Part shown: positions 49,001 to 57,190 of the stretch, in pieces | How positions within the stretch are numbered: the stretch's first letter is position 1 | How the letters are laid out: every line of letters begins with the position of its first letter | Virus record (IMG/VR): IMGVR_UViG_3300034050_001176 | Span: 1 to 59,449 of that record | Source of the DNA: a virus | Lineage: Duplodnaviria > Caudoviricetes | Direction: 5' to 3' (one strand) | Length of the DNA: 59,449 bases | Translations under genes and position numbers: made by a program | The notes under the pieces: generated by a model | What the model saw: the letters and a program-made list of their open reading frames with translations, nothing else | Told to the model about the DNA's origin: nothing | The model's database searches: none

Positions 49001-52000
49001 GCAAAATTGACAGCCCCAGCATTTGTCGTGAACGCCAGAAGGTTAGAACTGGGTTCTGGCGAAGGAGGCTGGGGAGTTTTATCGGCCTACCAAGAGGGCA
49101 TTGACATAACCGTGACTAGCTTGAATAACAGGTTTGGTCATATCATCGCGATGCAGGACGCACAACTTACCGTCAATGGCGATGAGTTTTTTAATGGGGC
49201 TTGTTTATTAGACCCGAACTATGCAGAGCCAGCTGAAGGTGTCTTGGCTTACGAATACCCAAGAAAACGCAACGGCGCAGCAATCTCGGTAGGCAGAGAC
49301 CTTAAGATCGCCGTCAAAGGCCAAAATGCTCTGTTGAATAATAACTATGGCTTAATGCAAGCAGATGGTTACCTCGATCTGTTCTCACAAAAACAAATGA
49401 GCAGTATGGCTGGGATTATCTCTGCAAAAGGAGGTGGTTTGATATCATCACCTGAGATTATTGTGAAAAGAGAAGACAGGGTGCAAAAACCCTATGGTTC
49501 AAAATTTTGCGATGGACATTTTTATTATAAAAAAGGTTGCCAGGTCAGAGATTCCTGTAGTGGGGGTGGTCGTTGTTCGCAAGCCTATCTGACCCGAGAG
49601 CAATCTGATGAAGGCTGGATTAATGTTGGGGGTGGAGATTTAGAGATTGATACAGACTCATTGACGGTTTTAGCTTCCCATATCGTATCCAAAGGTAGGC
49701 TTCTCTTAAAACGTCACGGTATCGATTTACCCAAAATTGAAAATGGCGCGCTTACGGGGATCAACGGCGTATTGGTGCAAAGCCGTCAAGATTCAAGAAT
49801 TTATTATGGAATGTGTCGGAACGGCCAGACTACACAGCTACCAGTCATTCACAAGGCAGGTATTTTTTCTTATTCAGATATGGAGATGCATTCACACGGT
49901 TTAAAGATTGAGGGCATCTCGGCAACGCAGACGATGGATGTGGTCAGGGCGTTGACGCAAACCGTTCAAAGTGCTGGTTTTGATGTAACGACCGATCAAG
50001 CGCGCGATCTCTTGATTGATCTTGTCAGTGGTGCAAAATATCAAGCAAATGAGTCACACAGCTTGATTACTCATCTGGAAGGACAATTTGTTTACGATCT
50101 GCCCTTTGAAAGAATCGAGGTTCCTACCTATGGGCGTGGACCAATGCCAGTGTTAACTGACAGTTATGCAGTATTCGACGCAACACTACGTCAGGGTGCC
50201 TATCTCCAGCATACAGTCTCTAAAATGGTTTTAGAGAGCTTACTAGATAATTTAGTCATGAAGGCACTGCGCAATCCACAAAGAACAGACTTTTCCAGAA
50301 AACTCTATGAGAATTCCCAAGTTTTTGCCGTAAATAACATGAAGCAAAGACTTCTGCAAAGCAGTGAGGCAAAAACAGAAGAGGAAGCCGAAAATATCGT
50401 AGCGGTGAGATACAATCAATTAATCCCAATCACTTATCAAGACGTGAGTATTTACGGCAGGGATGTGAAAGCTTGTGCTAAACAAATGTTGCTGTTTGAG
50501 TTGGGGGCTAATTACCGGGCTATCGATAAATTAAAGCGCATGGAAGATGCCTTGGATCAAGAAATCTGTGATTTACGTCCCAAGGTGTTTGTCCCAAAAG
50601 AATCGGTGCCAACTGACAAAACATCAGCAACAGTTCACAGTGACGGCTCATTAGACCATCACGCAAGGGGCGACATGACCCTCAGAGGTGAGGCGCAATA
50701 CAGCAGTCATGGGGGCACAACGAAGGTGGACGGAACCCTTACCCTAGAAGCGGTGGCGATGCGCCAAGGGGATGTGGTTAACTTTCAAGAACAAAGCTCT
50801 CGTCCGCTCATTCGCAACCTGGGCAATAATAATGAGCTAAACTTTATGGTCGACCAAGATGTGCTGCTAACAGGAGCATTGATCGATACGGGTGGTAAGG
50901 ATAACACAATCAACATTTTTACCCCTGGACGAATCATTGATACAGCACTTGGAGTAAGCAGTAGAAGCACCACCCTCAGCCGCAGCAAGCGTTCCCACAC
51001 AGTGACCGTGGTTGACGAAACACTGATGCAGCCAACTGAGTACTTTGGATTAGGTGCTATACAATTTAAAAGTGACAGCGGCGTTTTTTTGCAAGCACCT
51101 GAATTTACCTGCAAGGTAAGTGTGAACGCCCCTTATTTAGGGCTGTCAGATGCCCACAACCAACGTTCAGTGCAAAGTACCACAGAAACTTATGGTAGAA
51201 GAGGCCTATTTGGTGGATCCACCAAAAAGACCACCCAATCGATGATGCGCTCACTATTTTCGCAAGGTGGTAAACTCAAGGGACCAGAATTCATCGTACA
51301 CGTCCAGCAATTTAGTGCGACCAATACAGAGTTTGATACCCAAGCAGAGATTACGGCTACAGAAAAAGTTGATCTTCTTACCGGCACCAGCAACACCTCT
51401 AGTCATACCCAGACCGTTTATAAGGGAGTGATTTGGAACAAGGTAAGTTCGGAAAGCCAAAAACACTTAACCCATCAGGCCTGTAGCTTTAGACAACCGG
51501 TAACCTTCCACACACCAGATCTAACCATGGAACGAGTACGTGGTTCAGGCGTAATAGAAAATCTGCACAGTGATACACCCGTTCAGTACCGGGATATGCT
51601 TGATGTCCATGAACACCACCAACACTCTCAGAAGAGTCTCAGTGCTGGGGCCGCGTTGATTACCAAGCTAGCAGTAGGCTTAATCTTGTATAGCAATCCC
51701 GTAACGTTTGGGCTGGGTGGTACGCCAGGAGTGATGGTTAATGCCGGTTTTGGCGCGTTGTGTAGTGATGCCACAGTCTGCCTAGTTGAAAATGATGGTG
51801 ATCCTGGCAAAGCCATACAAGCCTTATCAAAAAGTAAAATCGCGATGAATGTCGCAAGGTCAATGTTGACTGCTGGCTTAGTTGGTGAAATCAGTGATGT
51901 GGTTGGTCTTCCATCAACCAACTTAGAATTAATTGATTATGCCCAAAAAGCGACCATTCAGTCAGCGGTTAATACAGTGTTAGCCGTTAGTATTGATGGT

Positions 52001-53170
52001 CAGAACTTTGAAAAAGCATTGATGCAGGGTATGACCACGGCTGCATTGTCTACAGCAACCTCATACTTGGCCAATCAGATAGGGCAATCATACTTTGATA
52101 AGCAGCTCAATTGGTTGGAACATAAGACCCTCCACGCATTGTTAGGTGGTTTATCAGGTGGGGTTAGTTCAAAACTATTTGGTGGTAGCTTTGAGAGGGG
52201 GGCTATATCCGGTGCCTTAGGTGCGGTAGTTGCGGAGGCAGTTGCTGAAATGCTTAAACCTGATCTGACCAATGAAATGATCAGCAGTCAAAACAAAAAC
52301 CTAAGTAAAGATGAATTTGAAAAAGAGTTTATGGAAAAGGCCCAACAATCTTCTAAGTGGGCAGATTTTGTTGGTTCAGTAAGTGCTTTTGGAATGGGCT
52401 TGGATACTAATATAGCGTATCAAACCTCAAGTAATGCGACCCAAAATAATTTCTTACCTGGAATTTTACTGGCATTAACTGTGGGAAGCACGGTTTATGA
52501 AGGCTATCAAATTCACCAAACCTACAAAAATGAAGGTGGCGAAGCAGCCCTAAAGCATTTAGGTATTACCGTAGTGAGTGCTGCGGTGGTTGGTGGAATT
52601 GCCACTGTGGGCTTTAAAGTTGGTAAAGCAGTTTATCCAAGCTTGCATGAAGCTTATAAGGCAGCTGTAGCTAGTAGGCCAATGCTTGCAAGTGCTTTAA
52701 CTGCAATGGAGTCTAGGCTTGGAAAAATAGAAAAATATGTTAAAGATCAGTTTGACTATAAGAGGCATTTTGTTAATAAAGATAAAGGAATAAATTGGTT
52801 AGACGAAAAAGCTGTAATGAGTGATAAGGCGCGTATGTATAATGATTCTGTCTCAGGAGCAAGATCAAATGCTATATCTGGAAATTCTCAAGCCCCATCT
52901 TTAAAATATTCAAATAAAGATGGTATAGAAAAAACTGTAAGATTTGATGGCATTGAAGATAAAATACTAATTGATAGAAAATTGGCAGTTGTAACAACAG
53001 AAAAAGCTAGAAATCAAGCATTAAGGCAATCAGAAGCTCTTGAACAAAATGGATTATTAGGCAGATGGGAAGTGCCCACCGAAAGCGAATTGAATAGGGC
53101 GTTAAAGATGTTTGAAGAATTAAACGTTAAAAATATAGGAGTCAAAGTTGTCAAAATACCAAAATTTTAA
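46022..53170 (+). CDS. CdiA/filamentous-haemagglutinin-like polymorphic toxin with a C-terminal PD-(D/E)xK nuclease
   Basis: Signal peptide, NxG beta-helix repeats, DUF637-like region from ~51625, VENN-like NATQNN at ~52433, and VRFDG..LIDRK..QALRQ..WEVP toxin domain. Confidence 0.8.
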   Translation: MLKRFVARLLIITQIYSNLFQGVAHGNFADHHAIQNEIYLHSSVGKDGALRLSLGTDHGTTKDPELLELFEVPSYKSLVAPPKPLQQTVVDLLDVVETEMSGDAESLPGDLSFESNGITRKAEGTYFTIQGLEVFINNDHEMLVQGRQTDFSKPIFLSGAKSIILNNVDASSLKLLSPSILGVGRSTIDFLSLEGLTDAAVFINGGSLTAKEIFLKNLSTSNLGKIETVAIEAQAGTLKNTGTLEAETNITLGVNSFTNSGVVTAESVQGLEALQEFANTSSGRLCVDELFRTGAQTAVINHGSFTGGDCQFTGPSLLQNGKMHVKSLRTEAGTEITTDASQELVVEDTLVSKSRLPWQLLGSVRAKEFTHLGRLDLAGDLTTASFTGHGSIQATGKLKGEQSRFIDDILNLGEIDTQTLQADARLSTHGKVHVRRTARVIGSFTVGADGSFTGYEAEPLALSLHDAADIAGKVDVDHLDAKAIHLSGSGQLLAAQNTTIDGDLAIEVDAKAHLKGLNFTGGEIINLGKLRIVGIDLVQDAVIKLTNAGNASIDAAYTLPKLDEHSPDNLAVMHGVSPIYPEILEFKEAQMAMRATHEEMQLVRSQIQEIPLAPTVASGNPIGKINFLISRALNTIAKLPPQDRGVLLTELRDRINLIAPTYSGYDSGILTTAFNGIRNSFAPKIQAAIDFAFEQNKHLQQLQQVLIYKDLMPEVFQVKGLPAATDSLQSFLAGVEPVALSRDLVVLLPEARIYPGFASANPVLMKRAASKLKALCEGREYAENTIFPEFISLNPMLVKIAASRYKEISENPLILPEQLLSMPAEVVSAEQHLIQQLQQQVEFLQQVSAFRKQMPDIPQIKMQVLNQVSGQLTLKSGRFEFVGDATLVNHGTLIQESAYTLWLTGNPSEFNRGTWRTNGSLGLLSYQGKDMGKLEVEGALEVDTPVDAMEAFRGLAQFKASKVIMHAPRLLVNEDKQFAMPVELHIQDMFSLQAKLTAPAFVVNARRLELGSGEGGWGVLSAYQEGIDITVTSLNNRFGHIIAMQDAQLTVNGDEFFNGACLLDPNYAEPAEGVLAYEYPRKRNGAAISVGRDLKIAVKGQNALLNNNYGLMQADGYLDLFSQKQMSSMAGIISAKGGGLISSPEIIVKREDRVQKPYGSKFCDGHFYYKKGCQVRDSCSGGGRCSQAYLTREQSDEGWINVGGGDLEIDTDSLTVLASHIVSKGRLLLKRHGIDLPKIENGALTGINGVLVQSRQDSRIYYGMCRNGQTTQLPVIHKAGIFSYSDMEMHSHGLKIEGISATQTMDVVRALTQTVQSAGFDVTTDQARDLLIDLVSGAKYQANESHSLITHLEGQFVYDLPFERIEVPTYGRGPMPVLTDSYAVFDATLRQGAYLQHTVSKMVLESLLDNLVMKALRNPQRTDFSRKLYENSQVFAVNNMKQRLLQSSEAKTEEEAENIVAVRYNQLIPITYQDVSIYGRDVKACAKQMLLFELGANYRAIDKLKRMEDALDQEICDLRPKVFVPKESVPTDKTSATVHSDGSLDHHARGDMTLRGEAQYSSHGGTTKVDGTLTLEAVAMRQGDVVNFQEQSSRPLIRNLGNNNELNFMVDQDVLLTGALIDTGGKDNTINIFTPGRIIDTALGVSSRSTTLSRSKRSHTVTVVDETLMQPTEYFGLGAIQFKSDSGVFLQAPEFTCKVSVNAPYLGLSDAHNQRSVQSTTETYGRRGLFGGSTKKTTQSMMRSLFSQGGKLKGPEFIVHVQQFSATNTEFDTQAEITATEKVDLLTGTSNTSSHTQTVYKGVIWNKVSSESQKHLTHQACSFRQPVTFHTPDLTMERVRGSGVIENLHSDTPVQYRDMLDVHEHHQHSQKSLSAGAALITKLAVGLILYSNPVTFGLGGTPGVMVNAGFGALCSDATVCLVENDGDPGKAIQALSKSKIAMNVARSMLTAGLVGEISDVVGLPSTNLELIDYAQKATIQSAVNTVLAVSIDGQNFEKALMQGMTTAALSTATSYLANQIGQSYFDKQLNWLEHKTLHALLGGLSGGVSSKLFGGSFERGAISGALGAVVAEAVAEMLKPDLTNEMISSQNKNLSKDEFEKEFMEKAQQSSKWADFVGSVSAFGMGLDTNIAYQTSSNATQNNFLPGILLALTVGSTVYEGYQIHQTYKNEGGEAALKHLGITVVSAAVVGGIATVGFKVGKAVYPSLHEAYKAAVASRPMLASALTAMESRLGKIEKYVKDQFDYKRHFVNKDKGINWLDEKAVMSDKARMYNDSVSGARSNAISGNSQAPSLKYSNKDGIEKTVRFDGIEDKILIDRKLAVVTTEKARNQALRQSEALEQNGLLGRWEVPTESELNRALKMFEELNVKNIGVKVVKIPKF

Positions 53171-53411
53171 AGAGTCTATGGTTAAATGTTTAATTGAAAC
53201 AATGGTTTTTTTGGAATTTACAAGTGAAGAACTATTAAATCCGGATGTGGCTATTGAAATGCAAGAAAGTATTTCGTTTGAATTAGGCAAACTAAGTCAT
53301 GATGAAAAATGTGAATTGAAAGAAATGTTGGAGCTTATCAGTTTGGAATATACTGATAACAAAATAACTCAATATATCAAGTCATTACCAAGCAGCTTAG
53401 GAATTTCCTAG
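53148..53411 (+). CDS. Cognate immunity protein (CdiI-like)
   Basis: Small acidic ORF overlapping the toxin stop, with AGGAG before the TTG start; FLEF..LNPD.A and LP.SLG motifs. Confidence 0.7.
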   Translation: MSKYQNFKESMVKCLIETMVFLEFTSEELLNPDVAIEMQESISFELGKLSHDEKCELKEMLELISLEYTDNKITQYIKSLPSSLGIS

Positions 53412-53468
53412 GATAGGTATATAGAAAATTACTGGATGCAAAGAGCTAAAGAATTAGGAGGAAAATAA
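53412..53468 (+). pseudogene. Relic C-terminus of a displaced toxin (LHH-like)
   Basis: Reads DRYIENYWMQRAKELGGK*, TAATG-coupled to the SMI1/KNR4 gene. Confidence 0.5.
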
Positions 53469-53968
53469 TGCAAGCAGTTGATGAAGCAGTAAGGCTTATT
53501 CGTAATAATTTTAATTCTTCTGAATATTCTTTAGATGGACATTATAGTGACGAAGAAGTTGAAAGTGCAGAAAAAATTCTCAATATTAAATTTCCTAAAT
53601 CATACAGAGAGTTTTTAAAAAAATATGGCAATGTAGACGTGGGATCTTTATCGGTAATGGGTTTGTCAAGGTACAATTACCAAAATAGCGGGTATGGTGG
53701 GCTAGTATCGTGCACACTGAGCGATCGTCAAAATTTCTCGCAACCCAATCATATCATTTCTTTGTATGACATAGGAGAAGGCACTACTTACGCTCTTGAT
53801 CTATCTCAGATGAATGAGAATAACGAATGCCCAGTTGTGTATTGGCCAATCGGTGGCTATGAAATGACCCCTATTTTAGAAGTGGTGGCTCCTGATTTTG
53901 GCACATGGTTTTTAGATATGGTTAAAGAGCGAATAAAGTGGAAACAGGAAGAATCACTGATTTCTTAA
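53468..53968 (+). CDS. SMI1/KNR4 (SUKH) immunity protein
   Basis: EVESAEKILNIKFPKSYREFLKKYG, ECPVV and VAPDFGTWF motifs. Confidence 0.9.
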   Translation: MQAVDEAVRLIRNNFNSSEYSLDGHYSDEEVESAEKILNIKFPKSYREFLKKYGNVDVGSLSVMGLSRYNYQNSGYGGLVSCTLSDRQNFSQPNHIISLYDIGEGTTYALDLSQMNENNECPVVYWPIGGYEMTPILEVVAPDFGTWFLDMVKERIKWKQEESLIS

Positions 53969-54058
53969 TATATAGGACCATGCTGGCTGGGTCTAATAAA
54001 ATCTCATGTCGCTAAGGTTAAATAGGATTAAGCTCTAGTTTTATCATTTCTAGTTGTC

Positions 54059-54547
54059 TTATACTTTACACCTGATTAAACTGTCTCTTGCTTGCTCATA
54101 GCTAATATTTTGGATAAACATTAGCTCATAAGCAAACAAATCAACAGCTAGATTATGAATTTCAATCTTGCTTTGATTTTTCTGCTTGCCATTAATGCTA
54201 CTGCAGGTATCTCTAATCACCTCAGCTAATTTTTTTACTTCTCCAGAATTAATTTTTTGATAGTAATTTTTTGAAGTGGCCATCCAATTTTGACGTGAGG
54301 TGGACTTTTTTGACTTTAATATTTCAAAACATTCGCTTATCTCATCTAAGCTTGCTAATCCCCTGGCAGCTATGCCATCAATTTTGCTTTTGGGAAAATA
54401 CGTTGTAACTTTTTTAGTGTAAAAATAGATTGACAGCACTTCTTCTTTACCACCATCAATTTCAATGGTTTGCCAACCCTGACATTTACCTACACCCCAG
54501 CGTGGCATAACCAAGAGATCGTTGATTTTTATGGCTTTTAGATTCAT
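54059..54547 (-). CDS. carD: CarD/CdnL-like transcription factor
   Basis: PRWGVG RNAP-interaction domain pattern and W....KINSG...LAEVIRD. Confidence 0.8.
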   Translation of the reverse strand: MNLKAIKINDLLVMPRWGVGKCQGWQTIEIDGGKEEVLSIYFYTKKVTTYFPKSKIDGIAARGLASLDEISECFEILKSKKSTSRQNWMATSKNYYQKINSGEVKKLAEVIRDTCSSINGKQKNQSKIEIHNLAVDLFAYELMFIQNISYEQARDSLIRCKV

Positions 54548-54750
54548 TATTTTTTCTTCCATATATCATTATAATTAAGCAATTCATTGACTTGTTTCTC
54601 TATTTCTTGACAGCGTAGTTTACATTTTTTGTGTTCAGCTGTTAATTTTTCGATAAAATTTGACCTCTCGTTTACAGAAAGAGAATTTACTGACAGCTTT
54701 CTAAAACATTTTTTTACTGCTTCTAAAATTGATAATTTATTTTGAGTCAT
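54547..54750 (-). CDS. 67-aa hypothetical protein
   Basis: Overlaps both neighbouring genes; AGGAG RBS. Confidence 0.5.
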   Translation of the reverse strand: MTQNKLSILEAVKKCFRKLSVNSLSVNERSNFIEKLTAEHKKCKLRCQEIEKQVNELLNYNDIWKKK

Positions 54751-55237
54751 TTGGAGTGCTCCTGTTAATATTTTCTTTTTTTCTAACTAATTCAAGCAAA
54801 GCAAGCGCATCAGCTTCATTATCATCTTTCGGGTGATAGCCTATAGCTTCGATCGCCTTGATGACATCTTGTTTACTAGCATTACCTTTGCCAGTTACAT
54901 GAAGCTTGATATGGGACACTGGCACACCTTGATATGGCAAATTATGATCCTCACACCATGCGGTTAGGGTTGCTAGAAAACCACCGTAGACGTGAGCAGC
55001 ATCTGTGCCGATGTGACGCCTGACTTCTTCAAAGTAAACACTTGTGATTTCGCCATTATAATTGAGGTCATCTAACCAATGACGAAATCTTAAAAACCTC
55101 ATGCCGCCTCCTTGGAAACGATCATTCTTCAGATTAATCGTACCGCTGAATACCTGGTACCCATTTTTTGGATCTGCCTGTTGCCAAATGGCCCACCCAG
55201 TATTGGTGCCAAGATCAAGGGCCAGAATTTTATGCAT
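54737..55237 (-). CDS. Phage RuvC-like Holliday junction resolvase
   Basis: LALDLGTNTGWA, FEEV, TGKGNA and DNEADA motifs; start set at MHKIL. Confidence 0.85.
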   Translation of the reverse strand: MHKILALDLGTNTGWAIWQQADPKNGYQVFSGTINLKNDRFQGGGMRFLRFRHWLDDLNYNGEITSVYFEEVRRHIGTDAAHVYGGFLATLTAWCEDHNLPYQGVPVSHIKLHVTGKGNASKQDVIKAIEAIGYHPKDDNEADALALLELVRKKENINRSTPNDSK

Positions 55238-55946
55238 GTGTTTCACCATTTGCTTGATTTTGATAACAAAAATTAACAAAATCACAGTACTGGCAGGGCA
55301 TCTTGGGTGGAACATCATTAGCATCGCCTAAGGTTGCTGGCATATCTTTACCATGACTAATGATTTTGTTGATTTTTCTCAGTCCCATTTCGATTTCAGC
55401 TTCATCAACCTGAATCACAGCTTGATAAATCTCCCCATTGTTTTTGTTAACTGCCAAAAATAAGGTACGTGGGATTTCAATAAAGTGCATGTACATTTGG
55501 CACTGCAAATAATAGGTGGCGAAGGTTTTTTGAACCCCATTTTTAACTAGAGCTTTAAAATATTTTTCCTGGGTAGACTTGATCTCCAGAATATATTTGT
55601 TGCCTGCCTGATCTAAGATAATGCCGTCAATATGACCCTGGAAGTTTCCATCCAGTACCGAAAATGCACCCTGACGATTGAGAACCAAATATCCAGCCCC
55701 TTGAAGAGCTTTGATTAAACGCTCTTCCTCGTGCCGTCCCCGATCAAATTTCTCCTCACGACTTCCGGTTTTAAGGATTTCTTCTGGAGCTTTACTGACT
55801 GGTGCACTGACACCATTCCAATCGAGCCAGATGCGACGTTCACAAGCATGCCCTAATATTGACGCTCCAATGTAGCCACGGGTTTTTGATTCTGCTTGAC
55901 TCGCATAGTAACCGAGCACTTTGTTTGGTAAATCATTAAAGGGCAT
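55230..55946 (-). CDS. PD-(D/E)xK exonuclease (Cas4/YqaJ-like, Fe-S cysteines)
   Basis: GAS.LG..CER, GHIDG, LEIKS, QCQMYM and CQYCDF..FC motifs. Confidence 0.8.
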   Translation of the reverse strand: MPFNDLPNKVLGYYASQAESKTRGYIGASILGHACERRIWLDWNGVSAPVSKAPEEILKTGSREEKFDRGRHEEERLIKALQGAGYLVLNRQGAFSVLDGNFQGHIDGIILDQAGNKYILEIKSTQEKYFKALVKNGVQKTFATYYLQCQMYMHFIEIPRTLFLAVNKNNGEIYQAVIQVDEAEIEMGLRKINKIISHGKDMPATLGDANDVPPKMPCQYCDFVNFCYQNQANGETHA

Positions 55947-55970
55947 GCCTGTTCTCCTATTGGCTATTAG

Positions 55971-56390
55971 TTAAAATGGAAATTCTTGATTTGCTATATC
56001 GGCTAGAGTTGCTGGGGCGTATTCTTTGATATAAGGGAATCTCTCATTTTTCTCAGACACAAATTCCTCAACAAAAACTTTGACTGTTTTGCCAACTAAT
56101 ACGCTTACATCAAAGTTTGCTCTTCCACCACTTGTTGATGGAAATTGCACGCCAGCTGCTGCACAAAGTTTCTTGAGTTTTTTACCTGCATGATTTCTTT
56201 TGGTTTCGACATCTGCCCATAACTTGAATTTATCTTTGAGAGTGTTGTCACCAATTTTCCAAGTGAGACAAAGTTGATCTTCATTATTATGGGTAACCTG
56301 ATCTGCACCGATAATTTTTCCAGTGTGACTACCAGCAGCAATTGCTGGGGCATCTAAATCTGCACTCACTTCAAATGTTAACATAGTCAT
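55971..56390 (-). CDS. Putative phage SSB (DUF669-like)
   Basis: Follows the ATPase; LVGK.VKV.V motif and EFPF tail. Confidence 0.6.
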   Translation of the reverse strand: MTMLTFEVSADLDAPAIAAGSHTGKIIGADQVTHNNEDQLCLTWKIGDNTLKDKFKLWADVETKRNHAGKKLKKLCAAAGVQFPSTSGGRANFDVSVLVGKTVKVFVEEFVSEKNERFPYIKEYAPATLADIANQEFPF

Positions 56391-56392
56391 AG

Positions 56393-57190
56393 TTATTCTC
56401 CTTTTTCTGGGGTTGTAGTTTGGTTAAATTGTTTGTAGTAAGCCTGGATATGGTTAAACAAAAGATTCCAATCCAGGGGTAGTTTAGATGGCAGATTGTA
56501 TGTGTTCTTAGCTAAGAACGTTGTCCCACCATCCGTATGTAATACACGAGTTGATTTTGATACTTTTGAGATTTTGCGATTAAATTCGACAGTCTCATCT
56601 TTCAGTTCAATTTCATCCTCGGCAAACAATACACATGAGCACCAGTTTCGTAATAATTCCGATGCTTTTTCATAAAGGTTGATTTGATATTGCATGTAGC
56701 TAGCACCAGTTAAATGTTCCTCACGTTTTTCTTTAAAATGAGCCAGCAAAATAATTGTGATTTTCTTATGCTCCCAAAGATTTTTTAATTTCTCTAAAAA
56801 TTGATCCCATAAAGGAATCATTTTTTGATAACCTTGACCATATTGGAAACTTGCTAAACTGCTGACCTTGTTGTCTTTTAATACTTTTTCAATGACTAGC
56901 TTTTCTAAACTACTGAGTGAATCAACCACCAAAGTTTTAAACTCGTGGTCTTGATTAAATAAGGTGCCCAAAAAGGCCATGACATCGTCATAAGTTTTAA
57001 GGGTTACCCCAAAAGTCTTGTTACTAGAAACTGACAGCTCATAAATATTTTCATCCAGATCTAAAAAGATCGGACTTGGAGCACAGGATGCAAAGCGGCT
57101 TTTACCGATGCCATTACGTCCGTACAAGATAATCTTAGGTGGTACATAAATTACCTTTGGTTTTTGGTTCCTTAAATCAATTTGGGTCAT
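56393..57190 (-). CDS. AAA_24/Sak4-like ATPase
   Basis: YGRNGIGKS, VVDSLS, LLAH and AKN motifs. Confidence 0.85.
   Translation of the reverse strand: MTQIDLRNQKPKVIYVPPKIILYGRNGIGKSRFASCAPSPIFLDLDENIYELSVSSNKTFGVTLKTYDDVMAFLGTLFNQDHEFKTLVVDSLSSLEKLVIEKVLKDNKVSSLASFQYGQGYQKMIPLWDQFLEKLKNLWEHKKITIILLAHFKEKREEHLTGASYMQYQINLYEKASELLRNWCSCVLFAEDEIELKDETVEFNRKISKVSKSTRVLHTDGGTTFLAKNTYNLPSKLPLDWNLLFNHIQAYYKQFNQTTTPEKGE

Noticed and set aside
55230-55946. cas4 / CRISPR system
   Set aside because: No array or other cas genes; the gene sits in a phage recombination-replication operon.
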